The notes under the pieces: generated by a model
Database searches by the model: none
Told to the model about the DNA's origin: nothing
Seen by the model: only the letters and a program-made list of their open reading frames with translations
In this document: in pieces, positions 24,890 to 38,582 of the stretch
Layout: every line of letters begins with the position of its first letter
How positions within the stretch are numbered: position 1 is the stretch's first letter
Assembly (NCBI RefSeq): GCF_001194135.2
Contig: NC_068983.1
Location: 25,384,399 to 25,448,398, forward strand
Origin: Octopus bimaculoides
Taxonomy: Eukaryota
Direction of reading: 5' to 3'
Length of the DNA stretch: 64,000 bases
Made by a program: the position numbers and the translations under genes

Positions 24890-25398
24890 CCTCGTTAAGT
24901 TGATGAATGGTTGAATAATCAAATCCAAGCTTCTCTGTTAGTTCCTCAATAGTTACCATAGGATTTTTGTTCCATCAGAATTTGCAGGACGACCTCGTCG
25001 AGCTCTACAGATCTTACAAGACGGGGCTCGTCTTCTAGGTTGTAGTTTCCGACTCGGAATTTCTGTAACCAACCTTTAACACTGGCTTACGCTTATTGTC
25101 CTATCCCTATATAATGCATTAGTGTTATTCGCACTTTCCGTTGCATTGTTGCCTTTATTGAATTCATAAAGCAAAATATGCCGAACATGCTCTTATGTCA
25201 CTTCCATTATAGCTTCGAAAAAAAAAAAAATAACTGTAAATATCGAACTGCACTCTTCAAAACTTACACTAAGAATGAATACAAGTTAAAATTACTGCCT
25301 GCATTTATAGCAAGTTGATGGAGATAGTTTATCCCATCCCACTCCAACTTTTAGTTTATACAAATGAAACAACTGGATTATGGATTGATTGACCCATA
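24890..25398 (-). mobile_element. Mariner transposon 5' portion (decayed)
   Basis: MEVT*EHVRHILLYEFNKGNNATESA...KFRVGNYNLEDEPR..RSVELDE..TIEELTEKLGF (mariner HTH region); ATG at 25207-25205. Confidence 0.88.
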
Positions 25399-25423
25399 TA
25401 TATTTATCAACCTGCTTACCAAC

Positions 25424-25424
<1 letters not shown>

Positions 25425-25454
<30 letters not shown>

Positions 25455-25506
25455 GCTGTCTGTCTGTCTGTCTGTCTGTCTAGCTAGCTAACTGTATATA
25501 TATATA

Positions 25507-25585
<79 letters not shown>
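25425..25585. repeat. (TATC)n(TGTC)n and (CA)n(TA)n microsatellites
   Basis: Direct read. Confidence 0.9.
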
Positions 25586-25586
<1 letters not shown>

Positions 25587-28500
25587 GCATATTCTGCGTG
25601 ATCTTTGCTTTTCTTACACCATAGGCAGTTGCTACGAATCTCGACTTCATACAGAAGACTAATAATGCCATAGAATTTTATGAAACTAAGAAATGTCGTA
25701 TCTGTTACATACGTACAACTATACATACATGCATGCATACATACATACACAAATACATACGTAGATACACACACACACACACATACACACACACACACAA
25801 ACACACATATAATATATGCACATTACCAAAATACTCTTACTGACTATAATATTTTTGTGGACTAATACAAGCAAATAAATAACTGAATAAAATATATCTA
25901 CGCATGACTATATACAATACACGCATGTTTTGTATATGTTTACATTACTATACTGAAGGGCTGAAATTGAAGTAACACACTTCAGTTATAACAGTATTAA
26001 ACATTTGTACTTTGTTCACATTTCGTAGTGTCCCATTCAGCACTTAAAATTTATCTAAGCTTTAAAATCTTTTCCTTTTTCTGAAGCATTTTGCTGCTAT
26101 TAAATAATTTTTTTTTTTTAGGTAAGTATGCCGGACATATTTTCTCTATGCTATGAAAGCCAACGAATCTTTCCTTCATTATTCTCTACTTCTAACGCTG
26201 GAAAATTTTGACCAAAATCTGTTTGGAAACATACTACATTTCGTTATTTTTACCTGCTTTCGAATATAGGCCAACAAACCGACTAAAGAAATCAGATGAT
26301 AAACGCGTCTGATATACTTAATTTATTCTACTTTCTATGAAGCATGATATTTCCGCCTGAAAACTTCCAGTATAGTTTCACCTCTTTGGACATAAAACCT
26401 GTTAAAAACAATATCTCGAATTTGTATTATATGTTTGTTTTATGGTATGCGATATTAAAACTCAAAAATGTTTCATAAGTGTTTTTTTTTCGCTTTGCAT
26501 CAAACTTACCATTCTAAATTTATCTCCGTAAAAATTTAAGCCAATAACTACGTTTTGTTGCTAAAGGCTACATTGGCAAATATCCTGTTATCTTTTCTTT
26601 TCATTCTTTTATGAGAGCGTAATAAACAATAAATTGAATTCGTTTATGTTTTTCCCCTTAGAATGTGCTATATATTTTAAAATTCCTTCCTAACTAATAA
26701 AAACCACACAAAGTAATATATGTGGAGAAGCAACATTTATTCCACAAAACATCATTTTTAATATTGAATATATGAGAAATTCAGTTCTTTTTTTTTTTTA
26801 AGTACTGTCTTCGTCAGAAAATCTACAATATTTTAGATGAGTCTTCTATGATTCAATGTCAGTAATCAGTGGCTGTTTCATAGAAAATTCCATTCGTTTT
26901 CCAGTATGTACAGACGCACCATAATTTATTCAATCAACACTTACTTTTGCAATCAAAATGAGATTTTATCCCTTGATTTAATTATGCATGTAGTTTACCT
27001 GTCTGTATCGTACTTATTTTGTGTTATTCTACTAAAGTAACTAATATGCATTAGAAAGAGCTGATGATTGTGGAAACACTGGTCATAGATAATACCAGCA
27101 TAGAATGCAATAAAAATAATATTTAAAACTATATACCTCTTATGTATAAGAATTGATTCCATATCAACCTATATTTCTCTTTTTTTTTACGGTGGGTGGG
27201 GGTCATCTCCAAAAAATATAAAATTCCACTCTTCTTATGCACACAACGTTATGCACACAAGTCTTTCACTCATTTACATGTCTACAATATACGATTAAAA
27301 AAAAATATCCTTATTGCGTATCTTGCAATATTTAAATATTAGCGCTATCAGCGATAGAGTATACTCCATGGTAGCTTGCATGGCTATAACAGATCGTTGT
27401 GGAAACACAGACTCTTTCAGTCATACTGATCTGCAGGACCTATATCTGTTTCTCTGTATGAGCTGGTTCAATTGATGCGTGGCCACAACCCCAACTCATA
27501 CCACAAACGGTGAGGGCATTTGTTTTTACTTGTCTTGTTCTCACTGTTCTGTTCTTGTTAACACTTTCACTCACTGCCAAAAAATCCCAAGTTTTATTTT
27601 ATTTGCTTTGCGCGAAGGACTGCTTCATCAAAGTCGCGTATTGTCCTTACCTTCGAAGCGCAGAGTAGATAAAACAGGGACAAATGAAGAGGGGGTATAT
27701 TCTTTATGTTGCATGTCTCGTTTCTCTGTTTTTTTCGTTGTTCCAAAAAAAAAAAGATCGTTTTCTATGTTTTCGTTTCTCATTGTGTTTAACGTTTTTT
27801 TTATGTTCTGTACCCATATATGTATGTATATATACATATATATGTATGTATATATGCATATATCTATATATTATTAGACATATACATACATATATATATA
27901 TAAATGCGTGCGCATGCGTGTGTGAGTGTATTTGTGTGTGTGTGTGTGTGTGTGTGTTTGTGAAAACATACATGAGATTACTAGAGCTTTCATGCTCTTT
28001 GAATTATGCCTGCTTGCAACCTATCGGATAGGTCATCCAGAGTATGAATGTATGTACTATACAATAAATACTCTTACAGAACATGGAATGAATTGTCATA
28101 GTCCTGTAGCGTCTCAGCCACTCTTTTTCGATGTAAACTTATGTCACTGACAGAGAGACTATTAAATGCCAGTTAGCTATAAATGCTTTAATGTTTTTTT
28201 CAATATCATTTTATCTTGTCTGCGTATACTGTTTCCTCTATAGACAGAAACATTTTGATTCAGACAAACAACGTCGTTATGAGAAAGATAAAATAAGTAT
28301 AACTGGATATATGGTGATATTCAAAATAATGCGGGGATGAAAGAAATATGTATCTAAACTAAATGAAGAACGGTTTCGGAAGATATCTTTCTAAATGAAA
28401 ACATATATGCAGCTAATCAGCATTTTTTGAAAATCTAAAATGTGTAGCAGACGGTAGCTCAATTTTTTGTGGTATGTTCAAGTGTGATCTCTTACATGGA

Positions 28501-31144
28501 TAACCCAATAATAACATCTTTCGAATCATGTTAAAAGTATTCAAAAGTAGGTGAAATTTCAAAAACATTCTTATTGAATGTTTAAGTTGAAGAGAAGTAG
28601 AAAAATTCCATTTTAAAAATAGCAAAAAAACAATCAATTATGCAGTAAGCAACTTTTGAATACAATCAAGTAAAACTTCATTATTAAGTATTGAAAGATT
28701 CTATTGGAGAATGCGCATGCATATCTGTCTAGGTTGAGTCGAGGGCTATCGATGAAGGATATTCAAGTGTGATAGAGATCAAGGAAAGGATGTATGCATT
28801 CTAATACTTTTAATAAAATTATTTATGAGCTATTAGAAAACATACACACACCAATCCAAACGCAAAGACACACAAACATACACACAGACATGCGTGTGCG
28901 CACACACACGCAGTTATTTGCAAATATAGTAGAATCGTAATTTGATTTTCATGTAAAACGTTTCACGTGTAAATCAGCTTATTTTGGTATAAATCTGGCA
29001 AGACATTCCTGCAGGAGCACTAGTCTAATGGATGATTTCTAAACTGTTCATATATGCTTCGATTGCTTGTGTTTGTTGCACCAACTGGCTTAACCCTCGG
29101 AACTTCCGAATGAATTCATAATTTTTTACTCGCATATTTTGTTTAATAGTCACAGGAATTTGTAAACGAATCTACGATTTCCCAATCAGCTCTACTATGG
29201 GCTGCCTCTCATTCTCTCTAACATCTCATGCATTCTAACATTTCTGTTGGAAATGAAACTGCTTCAATATCATGAACTAAATGTATTAAGTATAAATTGA
29301 AATAGCTTGAATTGCATATCAACTATAGTTCACAAGTGACTCGGTTTGCCATTAAATTATTTTTTACCCTTTATCGGAAGCATGATATATCTATTACTAG
29401 TGAAAACATTTGAATCCTTGTTATTTACGTATTAGTCAGATAAGATTAACGCCATCAGTAATGTAAAGCAGTTTCAGATGACACTTGATATCCTAGATTT
29501 ATGTCTTGGAAATTTTAATGTCAGGAACTTGATGCGAGCATCAAACTATATTATTAAAGAAATTCATTTTAAAATTTGTAATTTTTCTTAAATTTACAAA
29601 TCGGATTGTTACCAGGGTTCACCACTTGGTTTCCAACTCTTGAATATTTACAAAAAAAAAAATTGCAATAAGATTAATTTCGTATGTGAACACATGAAAT
29701 CATCGACTGAATTCGAAACGAAAATTTCTAGAGCTAAAACATAGTACTAATTGATCAATAATATATTCCAGGATTGGTGAACTCAAATATATGTCAAGAT
29801 ACATGTTATTACTTTTAATCCCTGGTAGTTCCCGTTTTCTTAGATTGTGTTTGGTTGTTTATTCATCGGAAGTATTCGTCATATTTCAAACTGCTAATAC
29901 ATCCTGGGCCACTCCTCGCATGTCTTCAATCAATTTCATCTGTCCACGTGTAGCGTGACTTATTTGACTATATTCTTAAAATTGAATCAAGATGCTTTGT
30001 CTGGTAAAATATATCATTAAAGTATCCTAATCGTTCGTATTTTCGTAATTTATTAGTTTTGAAAATAGCAAAGCAACCTTATCAGTATGAAGTAAGAGGA
30101 GTAATTGCAAGTTTATCGCGCGCATTCCAATAGTGTCAAATATGTCCTGTTTAAAGCTATTTTAGTGATTGAATATTTAAATCGTCTTCTGTGGATTGAT
30201 TTGACTCTTTTTATTTTGTATCAATCAAAGATGAAATAACAGATATTTACTACAGATATTTCCTATCTATTGACAATGATTACTTAATATGTTGTTAGCA
30301 ATTTACAACACACAGACTTTACACTCAGGTCAAATAAGGAGACACAATATATTTAAACTTTCAAGTCCCTATAACTGCCATGGAAATCATATAAATGGCA
30401 AGATATATGTACACACTCACAGCTGGTACAAATGCATTATTTTCAGTCATCCTTTAGTTTTGTTATATTTTAGCTATTTGTGTCGATAGTATTTCTGGTA
30501 TTGTTATTGTTGTTTGAATTATTACCACTTGTTTCTGCAGTAAGATACCGTATATAGTTTTGATTTCTTTATTACGTGCGTGTGCGGCTATTAATGCTAA
30601 TAATTTTACTGCTGATTTGGAAATTGTTTTAATCACACCGGGTGTTATCATGTGCTTGTTCCTATTCGGAGAAAACCCAGTTGATCACTATTTTTGAAAT
30701 TATCTATCACCTTCACCACCTTTTGAAACAAATGCCTGCTATGATGGCAGAAAGAAATTCGTAAAATTCCTTTCTTGATATAATGTGATATGAAAAAGCA
30801 ATAACAAATATTATTTATATTAGAGAAAACAAGACAACTTAAATTAACTGAATTAACAAGTCTGTCTGGGCAAAAGATAATCATTAATGAATTTAGCATG
30901 CACAAGTGAAATATAACGCACATGTGGCAGGTGTCTTTTGCATGTAGAAAATCATTATTAAAATAGTTACACTAGGAATATCTGTTAGACGAAAGGAGAA
31001 AACAATACAAATAATACAAAGCCAGCAAACGTACGAACATCTGCTGTGAATAGCATAGAGTCATGTAATGTATGTTAAATAAGCTAGTTATAAAATACGT
31101 ATAATAACAAATACTACTACACAATTTCAAGCTAAGATGTTGAT

Positions 31145-31375
31145 AATAATAAGTCTTACATGGCAGTACATAGACAAACAGAGAAAAGTATTAGTGGCTA
31201 AAAACACAGTCGCGACTGGCTAGGATGCTCGAGTCACAAAGCAAGAACTGAACAGTTATTGATCATATCACAACAGTGAAGATTACACATCAGAAACTAT
31301 TAAAAGCATATAATGAAGTAGATTACAAAACGGAACTGCAGAATATATGAATATAAGGAAGGGTATGAAGACAAA
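31145..31375 (+). mobile_element. Very old R4/Dong-like fragment
   Basis: Frameshifted LHG..RQTEK..DWLG..ETEQLLI..RNY*KHIMK..NCRI is collinear with the 7165-7450 motifs; preceded by GATAATAATAA. Confidence 0.55.
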
Positions 31376-31579
31376 AAAAATCAATTTTAAAATTTCTGCC
31401 TCCTCAGCTAAACTAAAATAGACTACATAAACTTACATGACAGATTTTTAGGTTTCGTACATTATCGAGTAATTTTTTTGTCTTTCTGATATTCTTTTAC
31501 TGATTTTAGTGTACTAACTAAGGCATTGTTACTTCTCAGAACTTAGTTGATCATATCGCTTTCATTATGCATTTCATCG

Positions 31580-31805
31580 AAGGCAGCGAGCTGGCAGAAT
31601 CGTTTGCATGCCGAGTGAAATGCTTAGAGGTATTTTGCCCGTCGCTACGTTCCGAGTTCAAATTCTACCGACGTCGGCTTTGCCTTTTATCCTTTCGGTG
31701 TCGATAAAATAAAAATAAGCATCAGTGAGACACTGGAGTCGATGTAAACGACTTACACTCTCCCCGAAAATGTTAGGCTTTTTGCCATGAGTAGAAAATG
31801 TTATT
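31580..31805 (+). mobile_element. SINE family 2
   Basis: AGGCAGCGAGCTGGCAGAATCG...GAGTTCAAATTC (B-box-like). Confidence 0.88.
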
Positions 31806-32889
31806 CATTTCATCTTGATAATTATTTTATCATTTGTAATTGCTGAAGAGCAGTGTTTCCGAAAGGAAAAGGATACTAACATAAACTGCAAAGAGATTTA
31901 GACCGTGGACGCTCACGTATACATGTATTATGTTAAAGACACTGTTAGTTTTGAGTTTGGTCTTTATTTTACAAATGAAATTTCATACTTCTTATTTGTA
32001 CTTAAAATTATTTTGGAATAATATCATTCCTAAATCCTTAAGTGCAATAAAGTTTCAAGACACGTTTTTTGTCTTCATCAGAATGATAAATGATGATAAA
32101 AACTTCTTAGCGAGTTATGCTGTCAGTCACAAAGTGTAATATTTAAAGCTCATTTAACGAGTGAAAATCTGAATTGTTTTCTCTGAAAGGGTATCACTTT
32201 GTATCTTTCGAAATCACCTATTTCACTATTTTATTTATATATCTCTTCCACTATTGACAATGAACAGACTTCATACTCACGTGGAATAAAGAACCACAAT
32301 ATACGAAAATTCAGCTATATTGATAATGGTAAAATGTTATTGCCTACAAAAGTAATCAACGTTTTAAATATCTAACAGCTTAGATCCAACTCAGATCTAA
32401 TGTCTTGCTTCAAGGCATTAAGACAGATCTCAAGGGGAAAATATGACTAAAATGTACATATCGATGTACAATACTATCGATCACTACTGTCCCTAAATGT
32501 CATAAAAAAATTCAACACAAATTAGGAAAACTATTAAAGGCTGACAGCATACAAACTATAAAAACGCACTGAACAAGGTCTCCAGTCACTAGATCTCCAA
32601 ACGATGAAAATAATGGAAACATTGTATTTTGTAAAGGTAATAGTAGTAACATTTTTTTCGTACTAGACGAAAATGTATACTTTACAAATCTACCTGACGA
32701 AAATGAAGAGCAATAATATCAAAATTAAGAGGAGTAATATTGATTGAATAAAAATGAAATGCAATGAATAAATTGCTGCATGTAACTCTTAAATTTAATT
32801 AAAACCCGGTGTACGCACTTCAAACAACTTTAAATAAAAATATCCATAAATACATCATATTTGATTTATATGTATAACAATAAAATAAG

Positions 32890-33120
32890 TTTTTCCCGGC
32901 TCATAAGGGCAGGTTTCCCGGTTTCAGTGGCGTGTATATTTCCCACCTAGACGGGGCCCTGATCCGTCGCAGGATTACTCATTTTTGCCAGCTGAATGGG
33001 CTGCAGCAACGTTAAATGAAGTCATTTACTCAAGAACACAACGAATCGCTTGGTCCAGGAATCAAAACCACAATCTTACGATCATGAGTCCAACACGCGA
33101 ACTACTAAGCCACGTGCCAC
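32890..33120 (-). mobile_element. tRNA-derived SINE family 4 (CORE/V-like body)
   Basis: Minus-strand head GTGGCACGTGGCTTAGTAG...GGTTTTGATTCCTGG, then TGTGTTCTTGAG..CAGCTGGCAAAAATGAGTA. Confidence 0.75.
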
Positions 33121-33343
33121 CACAATATATACATATATATAATAACAATAATCTTTGGATGGAATTTATAAGCATTTAATGCTTTGCTACACGCGTTTCC
33201 AGAAATTACATGTCTCTTTAAGACCACAGTCCGTATACTGGGGTTGATTATAGTACAATACGGACTGTGATCTTAAGAAATAAGTGATATATAGTAACGC
33301 GCGTAGCGATGCATTAAATGTTTATCAATTCCATCGAAGGATG

Positions 33344-33344
33344 A

Positions 33345-33393
<49 letters not shown>

Positions 33394-33395
33394 GA
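33344..33395. repeat. (ATT)n microsatellite
   Basis: Direct read. Confidence 0.9.
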
Positions 33396-33584
33396 TTATT
33401 ATTATGATATTTATCCTACATTATATCGATACAGCTCGATGCAATCCTGGAAAATTGGTTCACTAGTCAGCATCATTATACTGTGGCCGACATAATAGAA
33501 TAGGAGCATTATGTGCATCTTCAAAACGTGTGTATCTGTGTGTGTATATTTATATTTGTGTATGTCCATGTGTGCGCGTGAATG

Positions 33585-34585
33585 GACATACGGTTCATTT
33601 TCACTGCATTCACTCACATTTCAGTAAATATATTAAGAGGCATCACTTCCCTCCACTCTCATCTTCGTTTCCAAGTGAAATTTAAAAAAGTTAATGAGAG
33701 ATTGGTCAACGAAGAAAGTGCCTGTCTTCAGTCGTTTCAACCTGGTCCACCATACAACCTCTTTCGCTACTGCCACCAAACAGAGGAAAATTGTCCGCCC
33801 TCCCTGGCCAAATGCAGGCGGCGAGTCGGTCTTCACTATTGACTCGGCCGATAGCCGGATCCGTCCTAAACGCGACAACAGCTGTTCGACATAACTCCAT
33901 AAGTCAGTAATGCATGGACACTGGACGAGTGCGTGCAGAACGGTTTCGTTGCTCTGCACGCATCTCAGTTAAATCCGTCTGACAGCACTTCAGTGCTTGT
34001 AGAGTTTATCTTGATTGGGTAGTGCCTCCAGGTAGCACTGCCAAGCGAGGGATTTCCGGAAGTTATCCATTGTCTCTGGCTGAAAGTCCTCCGAACAAAC
34101 TGGTCAGTTCGACTTCGTCGACGCCCAGAGCCTCTCCGAGTGCGTCATAGCACTGTCCCACCACTAACGCTCTATAGAACACGAGAGTAGATGTTCCACT
34201 GACCAATTTGCCCGCCTGATAGAGAGCAGTGAGTTCTCGGAAACATTCCAGATGCGAGTCACACTGTTTGGGTTTCTGCTTGACCTAGGACTGCAGTTCA
34301 GTCAATGAGACGAGCTGGGAAAAGACCTGTTTGACAAATAGCGACCATACCTATTCACCGTTTAGGCAGAATATCTGGACATGCCGCAGCTTCAGCGCAT
34401 ATCTATGCATCATCAGCCACGGCATGCTCAGCCCAGCCCTCGGCATAGAGTTTGCTAGCAGCCTCACCAAAGGAATCTGCCCCTCCCGACAAGAATTTGA
34501 AGAGGAGGCGCTCCAACTTGGCGAGGCACGAACAGAGGCAAGATACGACGTACAGGCGGTAGACGACGGATACAGTGTACGTATA
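33585..34585 (-). mobile_element. 5'-truncated Tx1/L1-clade LINE ORF2 C-terminus (decayed)
   Basis: CLAKLERLLFKF.. / MDNFRKSLAWQCY..ALP..DKLYKH / NETVLHALVQCPCITDLW..KEVVWWTRL (zf-RVT); GC-rich relative to flanks. Confidence 0.88.
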
Positions 34586-35014
34586 ATAATAGCAAACTTA
34601 CGCAGCGATATGCAAGCACGTGTCGATAGACGAACAAAAACAACAACAACAATAATAATAATTTACGACAATACAGTGAGCAGTAACAATACTCTAGTGA
34701 TACATCACTAAAGTATATGAAGTTTAAGAATACTGATCGATAAGTCAATGATTTGTATTTGGCAGTTTCTCGTTTCGTTTCTCTTTTACCATCATTATAG
34801 TTATATAATTTCTCTCTCTCCCTCACTTAGAAATATATGGCGCTAAGATTTACTACTATAATTTTTGTGGTGAATATATTTATATATGTGAGCGTATGTA
34901 TATAAATTCATATATTTATATATATGTATGTATGTATGTTTGTATGCATGAATGGATATACAGGATGGGCCAAACACACGCTCAAAACTGACATTTTATG
35001 TACATTGCGTTGTT

Positions 35015-35170
35015 GAGCAGCAACATTAGCACGTCGGTCAAAAATGCTTTGCGTCATTTCGTGCGTCCCTACGTTCAAATCCTGCCGAGGTCACTTTTGC
35101 CTTTCCTTCTTTCGGGAGTTCGATGAAATAAATACCATGTAGGCACTGGGTTAATATAATCAACTAGACC
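35015..35170 (+). mobile_element. SINE family 2 (diverged)
   Basis: ttagcacgtcggtcaaaaatgctt..ttcaaatcctgccgaggtc; followed by (ATT)n. Confidence 0.75.
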
Positions 35171-35307
35171 CTTATCATTATGATTATTATTATTATTATT
35201 ATTATTGAGTGAGAGAGCAGTGCATTCCATCAAAGTGACACTGAGGTAAAATACACTGATTTCTCACTACGTTTCGTATCCGAGAAGTCATACATACGTA
35301 AATATAA

Positions 35308-35343
<36 letters not shown>

Positions 35344-38300
35344 ATATGTTGTTTCATTTTACTTAAAATATATTTTAAATGAAAATGCTCATTAGAGACA
35401 CTTTATTTTCAATGTTTAATTTATTATTCAAAACTTTACTGTTTCCGTTTTGGTCGTGACTGGTTCATTTTGTTTATACGATTCGTACGACGTCTATGCT
35501 GCAAGATTTTTCTCCTTTCCCCCTCTCTCTAAATATATATATATCTGAATGTCCGTGCGTATGTGTGTGTGAAAATGTATGTGCGTACTTTTTCAAACAC
35601 TCACATACAGTCACACATAGCCACATACACTCATACGGACACCCTGTCTCCCACTTACTCTCCCGCAGTTGCTTTCTAACAAAAAGAAAATCAGAACATA
35701 AATAAATATATTATATTTATAAAAGCAAATTTATGGGAATAAAATATTAAGATGCTTAATTTGGTTACGTTTTTGCCTTATAGCAAATAAATTACTGTAG
35801 TTGTGTTTTTTGTTTCACTTGAAAACTAAATTAATAAGAAATCAGTTTAAACAAATCTTCTCTTGTAACAGAAAAATTTAGGAATACATTAATGTATGAC
35901 TCTCTTTCACTCTTATCTCTCTCTATCTCTCTCTATCGCACTCTGTTTATAAATATAGACGTGTAAATATATATACGTGTGTGTGTACACGCACACACAC
36001 ATATATGTAGTTATATATTCATACACATGCACATACACACACACATATATAAAACACTCAGACACGTATATTGGTTTCAAATTTTGGCACAATGCCAAAC
36101 TCATACACACACGTATTACATAATCATCGTTGTCGGAATTTTTGCGATATAAACTAGTGAAGAATAAAACAGTCATTAAGCGCATTCGCAATATTTGTAT
36201 ATGGAATGATAAGAACATGTCATTATAATTAACTTTATCCCTCGCTGCTTCTGTTTAAACACACCTACACACTTACACGCATACAAACACACCCCATACA
36301 CATATATATATATACTTGGAAAGAAAGAGAGAAATAGAGGGGGGAAAGAAAGAGAGAAATAGAGGGGGGAAAAAGAGAGAGAAAGTGAGAGGGGGAGAGA
36401 GAATAAATTTTGCCGGTAAGACGCCATTCGAATCGATCGTTATCTGTCTGGAATTATCAGATTGTGCCGCACGCTGTTAAGGGCTTCCGTTATTACTAAC
36501 CAGCTTTGGTGTTATCCAGAGTATTGCAATCAGATTTCACTTAATGAATCATGGGGACTCTTCTGCAATGATCCTAATGTTATATTTTTAGGAGTATGCA
36601 ATCCTAATGGATTCTTGGAATGAATATTTACTAAATGTAATAATCTTCGATAATAACATACGGATAGTATCTCGGATCCTCTTTCAGCGATATTCCTGGC
36701 TGTTTTCGAATCAAATACTTATCAGTCAAGCAATCAAGCGTATAAAGTGGCTATATCCAGTATTATCCAGATTGTGGAGCGTTTGTTAATGTGTTCCGCG
36801 GGTGGTTAATTTTCTAAACCAATTTAATAGAAACATTGAGGTCTCTCTGTTCTTCCATAACAAGTAGTGTATAATGTGTGTTATACACTTGTTATTAAAT
36901 GACATGAAGTTCATCCCTCATAAAAACCTCTTTGTAGTCTTTTCAATGGTTGTGTGATACAGCATCGTCAGAGAAAGGCGGCATTCTTTAAAATAAAGGA
37001 ATGCTATCCTAATGAATTTGATAATTGATTGTGAAGATAGGAACTGACTGGGAGTGTGTCTTATTTCAAGGTAAGTATACATTATCTCATAGTATTATAT
37101 GGGATAATTGTGCGTTGTTCGGAATTGGGAGCTTGCTACAGATACAAAGGCAACGGTTATAACTTCTGCATTAACGCGGCATTCTCCTATTCCTGTTTCT
37201 ACTGTTGATTGTGATAGAGGTAGTTTTTCCATAGTAGCTTCTCACTAATGCCACCTTATGGTAGTGGGTTGTCGTAAGGAACATGGCGCATTGAATATAT
37301 CTCATTTACATTAACTTACCCTTTCAAATATTTGAAATTTCCTTGAATGTCTTTGCGTACAATTGTCCCCAAATCTAATTTAATACTTAAAATATGAGTA
37401 ATTGTTAGGTTGATGAGAATAATGTTCATCAGTTCGAATTTCTTCGATACTAAATGCAAACTTCCTTGACTATATTCAGAAATCTGCCGTTCCTTGTAAG
37501 AATAGTTAAAACGTAGTCTTTTTACATTTCCAAAATGTGGGAATCTGTAGAAAGATATGTTCTTATTAGCTTTTTAAAATAGTTAACTGCAAAAATATTT
37601 TAATTGGTGCTTTCTCAGTGTTTAAAGCAGTTCCGTGTCATTAAAATTCTGATATAAAATCACAGTATTGTAGCTATACCAATATTAAATTTACACACAG
37701 GCGAGCGCGCGTGTGCGTATATGAGGATATATGTCTATAGATGCGTATATATAAGTATTTATTTATGCATATGTGTGTGTGTATGCGCGCGCGCACATGT
37801 GTGTGTGTGTGTGTGTGTGTGTGATATTTACCGCTATTTAGACATGCTTGTCCTGTAGGTTATTCAATACAATCTGCACTTGATATATATAGCAAACAGG
37901 GATGCGAATCTCTACCATCTTCCAACCATAACACCACCAGGCCTCTTTGTGGTCATCCTCATTGGTGGATACTCGCAAGCTAGAGACCCCAGCTAGCAAC
38001 GTATACGTTGCTATACATTGATCTATACGTTGCTATACATTGATCTTGTAATAAGCAAAGTAGCTAGTTAGAGATAACGCTTACCGAATCTTCGGTAGAA
38101 AACGACGTTGCTGCTATTTTTAACCCCAGAAAGACACCTTCTCTGGCTGGTTATCCGATGCAATCTGCACCCGATATATATTGGAAGCAGGGGAATGAAC
38201 CACTACCAACAAATAAATTTTTTAAATTATGGTACAAAAATAATCAAAATTAAATTTGAACAAAAGACTTTTTAAAATCATGTCTTTTGAAATATACAAT

Positions 38301-38524
38301 TAAAGTAGTCACTTTATTTAGTTGTATTGAGTACAAACAATAAAATATGAAGTTGTAAATAATATTACACAAGATTTCTTTTTCGCTAAACAAAACTAAA
38401 CAAAACAGTCATTGCAGTGCAGTAAAATGGTCATTAAATGATTTCAAATGAGCCATATGGTCATTCCATTCATCCATATAAAAAAAAGAGAAAAATTAAC
38501 CTCCTAAATAAATAATAAGTAAAA

Positions 38525-38582
38525 TTTATTACTCTTTTACTCTTTTACTTGTTTCAGTCATTTGACTGTGGCCATGTTGGAC
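38525..38582 (-). mobile_element. SINE family 1 3' tail fragment
   Basis: TTTTACTTGTTTCAGTCATTTGACTGTGGCCATG is the reverse complement of the tail at 12505-12540 and 42280-42310. Confidence 0.75.

Noticed and set aside
27055-27100. CTGATGA-ttgtg-GAAAC-actg-GTC hammerhead-like spacing
   Set aside because: Only 5 nt for stem II and no stem I pairing.
27649-27720. Minus-strand MQHKEYTPSSFVPVLSTLRFE followed by a GTAAGG donor
   Set aside because: No convincing acceptor or promoter evidence, and such donors are frequent in this sequence.
30460-30923. Hydrophobic ORFs on both strands
   Set aside because: No recognisable family, in-frame stops, and AT bias explains the hydrophobicity.
31159-31197. 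Minus-strand micro-exon candidate
   Set aside because: It lies inside a decayed R4-like fragment, which illustrates the false-positive rate of splice-motif hunting here.
32050-32090. Minus-strand CTGATGA-AGACA...TGTCTT-GAAAC
   Set aside because: Stem II is present but there is no NUH triplet, helix III or stem I.
36430-36800. AIRIDRYLSG...RTLLRASVITNQLW resembling GPCR TM3-TM4
   Set aside because: Stops follow, there is no coherent TM5-7 and no start or splice context; the short motif could be chance.
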